From NCBI GenBank assembly GCA_021647945.1, contig JAKITT010000008.1, positions 569 to 64,568 on the forward strand: a stretch of DNA of 64,000 bases, in the 5' to 3' direction. Source of the stretch: Candidatus Polarisedimenticolaceae bacterium (GTDB lineage: Bacteria; Pseudomonadota; Gammaproteobacteria; Chromatiales; Chromatiaceae). The notes below the pieces were generated by a model, which made no database searches, had not been told where the DNA came from, and saw nothing but the letters and a program-made list of their open reading frames with translations. The position numbers and the translations under genes were made by a program. Every line of letters begins with the position of its first letter. Positions within the stretch are counted from its first letter, which is position 1. Shown in pieces: positions 8,856 to 17,532 of the stretch.

Positions 8856-10526
8856 ATGCAACACGGTTACACTCCTGAAATGCTGGAACAGATTAAACGC
8901 GTTGAAGCGAGCCGCCCTGAGCGCCTTGCAGAGTCGCAAGCGGGCAAAGCGTTCCAAGCTATGTCAATGGATCAGCGCGATGAAGTGCTGAATGCCTATC
9001 ACCCAGATTACACCGAAGAGGGGCGCAGAGCGCTCGGCATCGGTGCTAATAAAGGCGAAGTCTACCCAGAAGAGCTAGTCGATCTGCTTGAGTCACGTAG
9101 TTTCATCGAAGGTGTTGAGGTCGATCTCAGCAAGCCAGATATTGAGACCGATGTACTCGTGATTGGTGGCGGCGGTGCAGGTACAGCCTGTGCGTTGACC
9201 GCAGCCCAAGCGGGCCTCAATGTCATCGTCTCAACTAAGCTACGCCATGGTGATTCAAACACCGTCATGGCCGAGGGTGGTATTCAGGGTGCTGATCAAG
9301 AGCCTGACTCTCCCTACTTCCACTATCTGGACGTAATCGGTGGTGGTCACTTCAAAAATGACCGTGGTTTGGTTGCTGCAATGACCAATGACGCACCGCT
9401 CATCATCGAATGGCTGGAGAGCCTCGGCATGATGTTCGACAAACACCCCGATGGCCGCATGCAAGTGCGTCATGGTGGTGGTACCAGCCGTAAACGTATG
9501 CACTCCGCCGGTGATATGACCGGTGCTGAGATCATGCGTGTGCTGCGTGATGAGTCACGTGACCATAAAGATAAAATCAAAGTTCTTGAGTTCTCACCAG
9601 CCGTTGAGCTGCTGATGGATGAGAATGGCCGCTGTGCTGGCGCCATCTTGAACAACATTGAGACCGCTACTTATCAAGTGGTCAAAGCCAAATCAGTCGT
9701 TATCGCCACTGGCGGTACTGGTCGTCTGCACTATCGTGGTTTTGCTTGTACTAATCACTACGGTGCAACCGGTGATGGCCTGGTAATGGCCTACCGTGCT
9801 GGAGCCAAATTGGGTTACATGGAGTCTGTTCAGTACCATCCAACCGGTACTGCATTTCCAGAGCAGAACGTTGGCTTGCTAGTGACCGAGAAAGTACGTG
9901 GTCTTGGCGGTCAACTGCTTAATATTGAAGGCGAGCAGTTCGTATTTCCACTGGAGCCGCGTGATGTTGAGTCCGCCGCGATTATTCGTGAGTGTGTCGG
10001 CCGCAAAAAGGGTGTTCGCACCCCAACTGGTCGCCTGGGTGTCTGGCTTGATTCACCGCTGATTGATCAGCTGCACGGTGCTGGCACCGTTGAGCGTGAG
10101 CTGCCTGCCAAGTACATTCAGTTCAAACGCTTTGGCATCGATATCGCCAAAGTGCCAATGCTGATCTACCCAACACTGCACTATCAAAATGGCGGCATCA
10201 CCATTGATGATAAATCACAGACCACCATTCCAGGCCTCTATGCGGCTGGTGAAACCACAGGCGGCGTGCATGGTCACAACCGTCTGATGGGCAACTCACT
10301 GCTCGACATTCTGGTCTTTGGTCGTCGCGCTGCCCTGGCTGCCGTTGCCGCTATTGAGGCTGGCGACCTGCCTGGTGCAGCTAATCTCAACCATCTGACC
10401 ACCTATGCAGATGAGTTGGAAGCAGCAAATTTGGATCGTGGCATTAAGAGTCCAATGATTCTACCTAACTACGCAACCGATGAAATTCGCGCACATCGCT
10501 GGAATGTTGACTCTCCAGTTATCTAA
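8856..10526 (+). CDS. frdA: Fumarate reductase/succinate dehydrogenase-type flavoprotein (FrdA-like, probably non-covalent FAD)
   Basis: VLVIGGGGAGTACAL dinucleotide fold, YHPTG, LEPRDVES, HYQNGGI and GGVHGHNRLMGNSLLD signatures. SNTVMAEGG stands where FrdA/SdhA have SHTVAAEGG. Confidence 0.85.
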   Translation: MQHGYTPEMLEQIKRVEASRPERLAESQAGKAFQAMSMDQRDEVLNAYHPDYTEEGRRALGIGANKGEVYPEELVDLLESRSFIEGVEVDLSKPDIETDVLVIGGGGAGTACALTAAQAGLNVIVSTKLRHGDSNTVMAEGGIQGADQEPDSPYFHYLDVIGGGHFKNDRGLVAAMTNDAPLIIEWLESLGMMFDKHPDGRMQVRHGGGTSRKRMHSAGDMTGAEIMRVLRDESRDHKDKIKVLEFSPAVELLMDENGRCAGAILNNIETATYQVVKAKSVVIATGGTGRLHYRGFACTNHYGATGDGLVMAYRAGAKLGYMESVQYHPTGTAFPEQNVGLLVTEKVRGLGGQLLNIEGEQFVFPLEPRDVESAAIIRECVGRKKGVRTPTGRLGVWLDSPLIDQLHGAGTVERELPAKYIQFKRFGIDIAKVPMLIYPTLHYQNGGITIDDKSQTTIPGLYAAGETTGGVHGHNRLMGNSLLDILVFGRRAALAAVAAIEAGDLPGAANLNHLTTYADELEAANLDRGIKSPMILPNYATDEIRAHRWNVDSPVI

Positions 10527-10551
10527 ACGAATCGGTGGTTAAGGAGTAAAT

Positions 10552-12603
10552 ATGGCTAAGATCGGTGTCTTTGTCTGTCAATGCGGCAACAATATTGCGC
10601 GCACTGTCGACACAGCAGACGTAGCAAAAGATGCCAGCGAGCAGAGCGGCGTAGTCTTTGTAGAAGACTACAAGTTCATGTGTTCTGCACCTGGTCAAGA
10701 GGCGTTCAAAAAGGCGATCAGAGATCACGATCTTGATGGCTGTATTGTCTCTGCATGTAGCCCAAAAATGCACGAAGCAACATTTCGTAATGCGGCTGAA
10801 GCAGCAGGGCTGAACCCTTTTAAGGTTGAGATCGCAAACATTCGTGAGCAGTGCTCATGGGTGCATAATGACAAAGAGATCGGCACCGCCAAATCGAAAG
10901 ATTTGACCCGCATGATGATCCAGCGGGTTAAGTATAACCGTCCGCTTGAGCGTTATCGCATGACGATGACTAAACGTGCGTTGATTCTTGGTGGCGGTAT
11001 CGCCGGTATCCAAGCAGCGCTCGATCTGGCTAACGCCGGAACGCCGGTCACCATCGTTGAGAAAGAGCCTTCATTGGGCGGCAATATGGCCCGTCTCTCT
11101 GAGACATTTCCAACCCTCGATTGCTCGCAGTGTATCCTCACACCAAAAATGGTGGAGGTGCAGAATCACCCGCTGATCACCATTCGTGCCTTTGCTGAAC
11201 TAGAGAAGCTAGATGGTTACATCGGTAACTTCAAAGCTACCATTCGCCAAAAAGCGAAAAGTGTTATCGACAAAGATTGCACCGGTTGTGGTGACTGTTG
11301 GGAGAAGTGTCCGTTCACTGTAGAGAGTGAATTTGACATGAACCTGATCAAGCGGAAGGTGATCTACATTCCGTTCCCTCAGGCGGTACCGACTGTTCCG
11401 GTGATTGATCGTGCCAACTGTCCAAAATTTCTCAAAGACAAATGTGGTATCTGTGCCGATGTCTGTGGTCCAGATTGTATCGATTTTACTCAAGAAGATG
11501 AGATCATCGAAGAGGAGTTTGGTGCGGTTATTGTAGCGACTGGCTTCGAATTGATGCCGAATGTCTACAAAGAGTACGGTGGCAGCAGCATGCCGCAGCA
11601 TCTCATCCCGAAGAAGATGAACAAGAAGCAGCGCGCTGCACAGCCACGCTCCACCTCGGGTCGTCTGCCAGATGTGATCAATGGCTTAGAGTTTGAGCGT
11701 CTTGCCTCTGCTTCTGGCCCAACGGGTGGTGAGATACGTCGTCCATCGGATGGCAAGAAACCTAAAACTGTTGTCTTTATCGCCTGTGTTGGTTCGCGTG
11801 ATGCCAGTAAAGGTGTCGAGTACTGCTCAAAGATCTGCTGTATGTACACTGCCAAACACACCATGCTCTATAACCACAGCGTGGATGATGGCAAAGCCTA
11901 CGTCTTCTATATGGATATCCGTGCCGGTGGTAAAGGGTACGAAGAGTTTATCAATCGCGCCCAGGATGAGGGGGCCGAGTATATCCGTGGCCGCGTCTCC
12001 GCTCTGAGAAAGAAGGGCGATAAGATTCTGGTCAAAGGTGCAGATACCCTACAAGGGTGCGCCGTTGAGATTGAAGCCGATATGGTTGTGTTGGCAACCG
12101 CCATGGTGCCGCAGGCTGATGCGATAGATTTCGCTAAAACCCTCGGTATTAGCTACGACAAACACGGTTTCTACTCAGAGCAGCATCCAAAACTGATGCC
12201 GGTTGATTCATCGACCGGTGGTATCTACCTCGCTGGCGCCTGTCAGGGTGTGAAAGATGTTCCAGAGACGGTTGCTCAGGCCTCAGCCGCCGCATCAAAG
12301 GTGATGCAGCTCTTCTCCAAAGAGGAGTTGATGCGTGAACCTGAAGTGGCGATTGTTGATAAAGAGCACTGCATGAACTGCTGGGATTGCGTCACGGTCT
12401 GTCCTTACTTGGCGATCAGCCCAGAAGAGGTCAAAGATCGTAACGGCAACGTGGTGAAGATGGTCGCAAACGTCAACCCAGGCCTCTGCCAAGGTTGCGG
12501 ACTTTGCAACACCGTTTGCCGCTCGAAAAGTATCGAACTACAGGGCTATACCGATCAACAGGTCTACGCCCAGATTACCGCCTTTGAAGGAGCTTTTGTC
12601 TAA
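10552..12603 (+). CDS. hdrA: HdrA-like FAD/iron-sulfur subunit
   Basis: 683 aa. N-terminal IGVFVCQCGNNI, an FAD fold (ALILGGGIAGIQAALDLA), internal Cys clusters (CTGCGDCWEKCP) and C-terminal CMNCWDCVTVCP / CQGCGLCNTVC ferredoxin motifs. AAGGAG RBS. Confidence 0.85.
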   Translation: MAKIGVFVCQCGNNIARTVDTADVAKDASEQSGVVFVEDYKFMCSAPGQEAFKKAIRDHDLDGCIVSACSPKMHEATFRNAAEAAGLNPFKVEIANIREQCSWVHNDKEIGTAKSKDLTRMMIQRVKYNRPLERYRMTMTKRALILGGGIAGIQAALDLANAGTPVTIVEKEPSLGGNMARLSETFPTLDCSQCILTPKMVEVQNHPLITIRAFAELEKLDGYIGNFKATIRQKAKSVIDKDCTGCGDCWEKCPFTVESEFDMNLIKRKVIYIPFPQAVPTVPVIDRANCPKFLKDKCGICADVCGPDCIDFTQEDEIIEEEFGAVIVATGFELMPNVYKEYGGSSMPQHLIPKKMNKKQRAAQPRSTSGRLPDVINGLEFERLASASGPTGGEIRRPSDGKKPKTVVFIACVGSRDASKGVEYCSKICCMYTAKHTMLYNHSVDDGKAYVFYMDIRAGGKGYEEFINRAQDEGAEYIRGRVSALRKKGDKILVKGADTLQGCAVEIEADMVVLATAMVPQADAIDFAKTLGISYDKHGFYSEQHPKLMPVDSSTGGIYLAGACQGVKDVPETVAQASAAASKVMQLFSKEELMREPEVAIVDKEHCMNCWDCVTVCPYLAISPEEVKDRNGNVVKMVANVNPGLCQGCGLCNTVCRSKSIELQGYTDQQVYAQITAFEGAFV

Positions 12604-13088
12604 TGAGCAAAGGTATCGTACGGCACGATTTTGAGCCGAAAATCATGGGCTTTGTCTGTAAGTGGTGTACCTATTCCGGTGCCGATCTGGCTGGAACCAG
12701 CCGTATGGACTACTCGCCTCATGTACGCATGGTGCGCTTGCCATGTTCCGGTCGAATTGACCCGCAATTTGTTATCAAAGCCTTTGAACAAGGTGCAGAT
12801 GGCGTCATCATCTCAGGTTGTCACCCAGGTGACTGCCACTACAACGAGGGTAACTATTATGCCCGTCGTCGTAATTTGGCCTTCCGTAATTTGATGGAGT
12901 TCAATGGCATCGATATCAAACGCCTGGAGTTCTCTTGGATCTCCGCCGCTGAAGCGATCAAATTTACGCAGATCATCGATAAATTTACCAATCAAGTGCG
13001 TGATCTTGGGCCCAATGAAGGATACAGAGCGCTGCTTGACCCCTATGCATCTAGATTGGTTAAGTCCTCTGAGGAGTCCGCCGCATGA
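12603..13088 (+). CDS. mvhD: MvhD/FlpD-like (FlxD-like) iron-sulfur subunit
   Basis: IMGFVCKWCTYSGADLAG...VRLPCSGRIDP...GADGVIISGCHPGDCHY is the FlpD/MvhD signature. The start overlaps the hdrA stop (TAATG). Confidence 0.85.
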   Translation: MSKGIVRHDFEPKIMGFVCKWCTYSGADLAGTSRMDYSPHVRMVRLPCSGRIDPQFVIKAFEQGADGVIISGCHPGDCHYNEGNYYARRRNLAFRNLMEFNGIDIKRLEFSWISAAEAIKFTQIIDKFTNQVRDLGPNEGYRALLDPYASRLVKSSEESAA

Positions 13089-13978
13089 TTGAGCAGATTC
13101 GAGAAAAAGCCCGCGAGCTACTAGAGAGTGGTGAGTTGGATGTGGTGATTGGTTACGCCGAAGGGAGTGACCCGACCCGCACCACCCCCATCTTCTGCCG
13201 CAAACCAGAAGATACCGATAAACTGGTTCTTGATGGCCGCTGCGTTAATACGCTGCCCGCTTATCTAAATAAGCGCCATGAGTATCCAAAAAAGGGTTGG
13301 AAGAAGACCGGCATCATCGGTAAAGGGTGTGATATTCGCGCCATTACGCAGTTGATCGCTGAGAATCAGTTGAAGCGTGATGAGGTCTACATCTTCGGTG
13401 CCGAGTGTGAAGGTGTCGTTGCCCATCCCGAGAAGTGGGATGGCTCACTGCATGAAGGCAACTGTGCCAGCAAATGCAGCGCATGTGATGTGAAGATTCC
13501 GCTGGATACCGATTTCTATCCTGGTGAAAAACCGGAGGTGGATCGTTCTGGCCCCTACATGGTGTCAGCGCCTGCACTGGCTACCCTAGTGAAGATGGAT
13601 GATGAAGATCGTTTCGCCTTCTGGCGTGATGATTTCGATCGTTGCTTCAAGTGTTACGCCTGCCGCGAGGTCTGCCCTCACTGCTCCTGTAACATCTGTA
13701 TTACAGATCGCACCATGCCAAGTTGGGTTGATCAGGCCGCACATACCAAGGGTGTGTTTGGTTGGCATCTGACCCGCGCTATGCATCTTGTTGGCCGCTG
13801 TACCGGCTGTGGTGAATGTACCCGCGCCTGCCCTGTCAACATTCAAGTCGACCTCTTCAATCAAAAAATGAAAGAGGTTATTCAGGAGTCCTTCGATTAT
13901 AAATCGGGTTACTCAATGGAGGTCAAGCCACCGCTGATCACCTATAACACCGACGATCAGGAGACCTACATCCGTTAG
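13085..13978 (+). CDS. Iron-sulfur protein, FlxC-like (4Fe-4S motifs)
   Basis: CFKCYACREVCPHCSC and CTGCGECTRACP motifs. ATGA overlap with the mvhD stop. The family assignment rests on motif and context only. Confidence 0.6.
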   Translation: MIEQIREKARELLESGELDVVIGYAEGSDPTRTTPIFCRKPEDTDKLVLDGRCVNTLPAYLNKRHEYPKKGWKKTGIIGKGCDIRAITQLIAENQLKRDEVYIFGAECEGVVAHPEKWDGSLHEGNCASKCSACDVKIPLDTDFYPGEKPEVDRSGPYMVSAPALATLVKMDDEDRFAFWRDDFDRCFKCYACREVCPHCSCNICITDRTMPSWVDQAAHTKGVFGWHLTRAMHLVGRCTGCGECTRACPVNIQVDLFNQKMKEVIQESFDYKSGYSMEVKPPLITYNTDDQETYIR

Positions 13979-13980
13979 GA

Positions 13981-15096
13981 TTGTTTGAAGTTATGAGAAC
14001 AGCTACCCTACAAAAAAACGATCTCGACCGAGTGATCGACCTGCTTTCGCAGGCGGACTACCGGGTCATCGCGCCGCAAAACCAGCCGCGTTTAGATGGG
14101 CCAGACTCGATTGATGTCGCTGTCTTTAAAGAGATTCAGTCAGGTGACAGCCATAATATTGGTGAAGGCCTGAGCACAACTGGAATTAAACCCTTTCTCT
14201 TCCCGAAGGATGAACCACTGTTTGCCTACGAAAATCGTGGCAAAAAGGTGGTGCTTACTGAGGTGAGTCTCGACTTTCCAAAGACCGTTATTCTCGGTGT
14301 GCGCCCTTGTGATGTCGCTTCGGTCAGCTCACTGGATGCCGTTTTTAGCGATAAAAATGCCGGTTTTAACGACGAGCTTTTTACTAAGCGCCTAGAGAAG
14401 ACCACCTTCGTCAGCTACTCTTGCACTGAACCCGATGTGAGCTGTTTTTGCACCTCCGTCGGCCTAGCTCCAGATAGTGACAAAGGCTCCGATCTGCACA
14501 TGACAGAGCTGCCTGATGGCACGCTACATGTTGAGGTGAAAACCAAAGCGGGCGAGAAGATTGCAGCAGTCATTGACGCACTACTCAGTGGTGATGGTGA
14601 TGCCGTTGCTCGCCAGCAGGCTGGGGTTGCAGCAGCAGAGAAGATTACCCGGCTGCGCGATTCAGCACCGATTCTGCCCTGGTTGCAAGACCTGGGTAAC
14701 TTTGGTGATGAGATGTGGCAGCGCCTGGGCGAGAAGTGTCTCGGCTGTGGTGCATGCACCTTTGAGTGCCCCACCTGTCACTGCTTTGATATTGTCGATG
14801 AGAATAGCGGCAATAAAGGCTATAGGGTTAAGTTCTGGGACTCTTGTCAGTTTGATCACTTCACCCTACACGCCTCCGGTCACAACACGCGTAATTCGCA
14901 GTTTGAGCGCTATCGCAACCGTTTTAACTGTAAGTTCAAGATCTATGAGGATGTGTTTGGTGAGAAGGGTTGTGTCGGTTGTGGTCGATGCATCCGTGGT
15001 TGCCCGGTCAACTTAGATATTACCGAGTATATGGCAGAGGTGGCGCATAAAGCGGCCATACCAAACGCCATGTCAGCCGATCCCGATTTTGAGTAG
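13981..15096 (+). CDS. Iron-sulfur protein of the AsrA / sulfhydrogenase-beta / FlxB type
   Basis: CLGCGACTFECPTCHCFD (CPTCxCF signature) and CVGCGRCIRGCP. TTG start at 13981, or ATG at 13993. Confidence 0.65.
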   Translation: MFEVMRTATLQKNDLDRVIDLLSQADYRVIAPQNQPRLDGPDSIDVAVFKEIQSGDSHNIGEGLSTTGIKPFLFPKDEPLFAYENRGKKVVLTEVSLDFPKTVILGVRPCDVASVSSLDAVFSDKNAGFNDELFTKRLEKTTFVSYSCTEPDVSCFCTSVGLAPDSDKGSDLHMTELPDGTLHVEVKTKAGEKIAAVIDALLSGDGDAVARQQAGVAAAEKITRLRDSAPILPWLQDLGNFGDEMWQRLGEKCLGCGACTFECPTCHCFDIVDENSGNKGYRVKFWDSCQFDHFTLHASGHNTRNSQFERYRNRFNCKFKIYEDVFGEKGCVGCGRCIRGCPVNLDITEYMAEVAHKAAIPNAMSADPDFE

Positions 15097-15951
15097 TTGC
15101 CGAGGACCAGATTAGTGCCAAACATCTACCAACCAAACTTAATGACCATCAAAAAGGTCATTAATGAGACACCTGATACCAAGACTTTCCATCTGGTCTT
15201 TCAGGATGAAGAACTGCAAGAAAACTTTGAGTTCGAGACCGGTCAATTCGGTGAATACTCCTGTTTTGGTGCGGGCGAGAGTACCTTCTGTATCGCCTCT
15301 TCACCGACCCGCAAAGGGCATATCGAGTGCTGTTTTCGTAAAACAGGCAAGGTGACTAACGCACTGTTCGAACTCTCTGAGGGTGACACCATCGGTTTTC
15401 GTGGCCCATTTGGCAATACTTTTCCAATTGAAGAGTGGGAAGGTAAAAATGTCATTTTTGTGGGTGGTGGTATCGCATTGCCTCCACTGCGTTCTGTGAT
15501 TTGGAACCTACTTGACCTGCGTGATAAATATAAAGATATCTCCATCGTCTACGGTGCACGTAGCGTGGCTGATCTTGTATACAAGCAGGAAATCGCTGAG
15601 TGGGAAGCGCGTGATGACGTCAATATGGTCAAGACGGTTGATCCCGGTGGCGAGACGGATGATTGGGATGGCTATGTCGGTTTTGTTCCGCACATTCTTG
15701 AGAACGATTTCAAGCCCGATCCAGAGAACACCGTCGTGGTTGTTTGTGGTCCTCCGATCATGATTAAGTTCACCTTTGAGGCATTAGAGCGTCTGGGTTT
15801 CAAACAGGATCAGCTGATTACCACATTGGAAAATCGTATGAAATGCGGTCTTGGCAAGTGTGGTCGTTGCAACATTGGCTCAACTTATGTCTGCATAGAT
15901 GGGCCTGTTTTCAAAGCTGCTGAGATAGATCTACTTCCTCCCGAGTATTAA
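15097..15951 (+). CDS. FAD/NAD(P)H-binding oxidoreductase subunit with C-terminal 2Fe-2S (AsrB / PyrK / FlxA-like)
   Basis: FNR-like fold (flavin-binding segment FCIASSP, VIFVGGGIALPP) with a C-terminal CGLGKCGRCNIGSTYVCIDGP cluster. The start is ambiguous (TTG 15097 or GTG 15115). Confidence 0.75.
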   Translation: MPRTRLVPNIYQPNLMTIKKVINETPDTKTFHLVFQDEELQENFEFETGQFGEYSCFGAGESTFCIASSPTRKGHIECCFRKTGKVTNALFELSEGDTIGFRGPFGNTFPIEEWEGKNVIFVGGGIALPPLRSVIWNLLDLRDKYKDISIVYGARSVADLVYKQEIAEWEARDDVNMVKTVDPGGETDDWDGYVGFVPHILENDFKPDPENTVVVVCGPPIMIKFTFEALERLGFKQDQLITTLENRMKCGLGKCGRCNIGSTYVCIDGPVFKAAEIDLLPPEY

Positions 15952-15992
15952 GGAAGCGCTGATTAAGAAGAGGCAATCAAGGTCATTTAAGA

Positions 15993-16022
15993 GGCGGGGT
16001 GCAAATGCACCCCGCCTTTTTT
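15993..16022 (+). terminator. Rho-independent terminator closing the nine-gene operon
   Basis: The GGCGGGGTGCA-AA-TGCACCCCGCC hairpin is followed by TTTTTT. Confidence 0.9.
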
Positions 16023-16058
16023 ATGGATTAAACCCAATGACCGTTCAAATTAACTGAA

Positions 16059-16203
16059 GGGGGGTATCCACTTCATTGGTCTTTTTCCGCTCCAGACACT
16101 TTATGCCCGTGTAGGGTTGCATTTATGCGACCAGCCGAACCTGCAAACGTGCACATGAATGTGCACCTACAGCCATATTAGGCCAATGGAGTGGATACCC
16201 CTT
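16059..16203. mobile_element. MITE-like element, copy 1 (about 145 bp, terminal inverted repeats, 9-bp flanking direct repeat)
   Basis: The ends GGGGTATCCACTTCATTGG and CCAATGGAGTGGATACCCC are inverted repeats with 1 mismatch. TTAACTGAA occurs on both flanks (16050-16058 and 16204-16212). A second, inverted copy lies at 49947-50076. Confidence 0.7.
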
Positions 16204-17532
16204 TTAACTGAAATAATCTCGAGAGAGTTTGAATACGACTGGGGCGAGCAGTATGAGTGCGATGAGGTTCGGTAGTGCCATAAGCGCGTTGAGTGTATCG
16301 GCCAATAACCAGATGAAATCAAGCTGAGCCATGGCGCCCAAAGGGATAACAGCTACCCATAAAATGCGGAATGGTGCGATCGATTTGACGCCAAATAGAT
16401 ATTCGACGCAGCGTTCACCGTAGTAACTCCAGCCGAGAATGGTGGTGAAGGCAAATAGCGATAGGGCGATGGTGACGAGATATTCACCCCCGGGGATGGT
16501 GGTTGCGAAAGCTGCTGAAGAGAGCGATGCACCAGTCTTCCCTGTTGTCCATGCCCCCGAAGTGATGATCACTAAACCGGTGATGGTGCAGATGATAAGT
16601 GTGTCGATAAAGGTGCCCAACATGGCGATCAGGCCCTGCTTTACCGGGCTGTTTGTTGTGGCAGCGGCATGCGCAATGGGGGCACTGCCCAGCCCCGCTT
16701 CGTTAGAAAATATTCCACGCGCCACACCAAACTGAATGGCTGCCCACACTGCGGCACCGGCAAATCCGCCAGTAGCGGCGGTGCCTGTAAAAGCGCTGTT
16801 GAAAATAAGTGCAAAAGCAGCAGGAATGGCCTCTGCATTGATAATTAATACAATAAGACCGGCAGCGACATAACTGATGGCCATAAAAGGGACCAGTTTT
16901 CCGGCCACACTTGAGATGCGTTTAATGCCTCCCACAAGCACGGCACCTACGAGTACCATCAGTGTCAGGCCTGTTAGCCAGGTGGGAATGTTAAATGATG
17001 CATTCAGCACGTCAGCCACTGAGTTGGCTTGTACGGTGTTGCCAATCCCGAAACCTGCAATGGCGCCGAATAGCGCGAAAGCGCTGCCCAGCCACGCCCA
17101 TCTGCTGCTGAGTCCATTCTTTATATAGTACATCGGGCCGCCAACATGCATGCCGCGCTCGTCGGTCTCACGATAGTGTACGGCACATACCGCCTCGGCA
17201 TATTTGGTGGCCATGCCAACAAGTGCAGTACACCACATCCAAAAGAGTGCGCCAGGCCCACCCAAAAAGATGGCGGTGGCGACTCCTGCAATATTGCCTG
17301 TACCAATGGTGGCGGCCAGTGAGGTCATCAAGGCGCGAAATGGAGGGATATCGCCCTCGCCGCTGGCTGTTCTGCCTTGCCAGAGTAGTTGGATGCCGAG
17401 TATCAGTTTTCTGGGTGGTAAGAACCGAAGCCCAATCATTAAAAAGAGGCCAGTACCCAAAATGGCTATGAGCATCGGGACGCCCCAAACGATGCCATTG
17501 ATTGACGAAATGAGTTGTTGTAGTGCTTCCAA
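16204..17532 (-). CDS. Alanine/glycine:cation symporter (AGCS family)
   Basis: 442-aa polytopic protein. The N-terminus (INGIVWGVPMLIAILGTGLFL) and GTGNIAGVATAI are typical AGCS signatures. Confidence 0.9.
   Translation of the reverse strand: MEALQQLISSINGIVWGVPMLIAILGTGLFLMIGLRFLPPRKLILGIQLLWQGRTASGEGDIPPFRALMTSLAATIGTGNIAGVATAIFLGGPGALFWMWCTALVGMATKYAEAVCAVHYRETDERGMHVGGPMYYIKNGLSSRWAWLGSAFALFGAIAGFGIGNTVQANSVADVLNASFNIPTWLTGLTLMVLVGAVLVGGIKRISSVAGKLVPFMAISYVAAGLIVLIINAEAIPAAFALIFNSAFTGTAATGGFAGAAVWAAIQFGVARGIFSNEAGLGSAPIAHAAATTNSPVKQGLIAMLGTFIDTLIICTITGLVIITSGAWTTGKTGASLSSAAFATTIPGGEYLVTIALSLFAFTTILGWSYYGERCVEYLFGVKSIAPFRILWVAVIPLGAMAQLDFIWLLADTLNALMALPNLIALILLAPVVFKLSRDYFS

Noticed and set aside
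8059-10526. Could the flavoprotein/FeS pair be APS reductase AprBA (with HdrA-like proteins acting as Qmo)?
   Set aside because: The FeS subunit has an N-terminal 2Fe-2S SdhB/FrdB-type domain that AprB lacks. The flavoprotein keeps Frd/Sdh catalytic motifs (HPTG, RD..S, H..GG). No sat or qmoC-type membrane subunit is present.
6699-15951. Could the hdr genes be the sulfur-oxidising sHdr system (hdrC1B1A-hyp-hdrC2B2 with lipoate-binding protein) typical of sulfur oxidisers?
   Set aside because: Only one hdrC and one hdrB copy are present. There are no lbpA, dsrE, tusA or lipoate-maturation genes. The cluster instead contains frdBA-like, mvhD-like and NAD(P)H-module genes, so the gene content does not fit sHdr.
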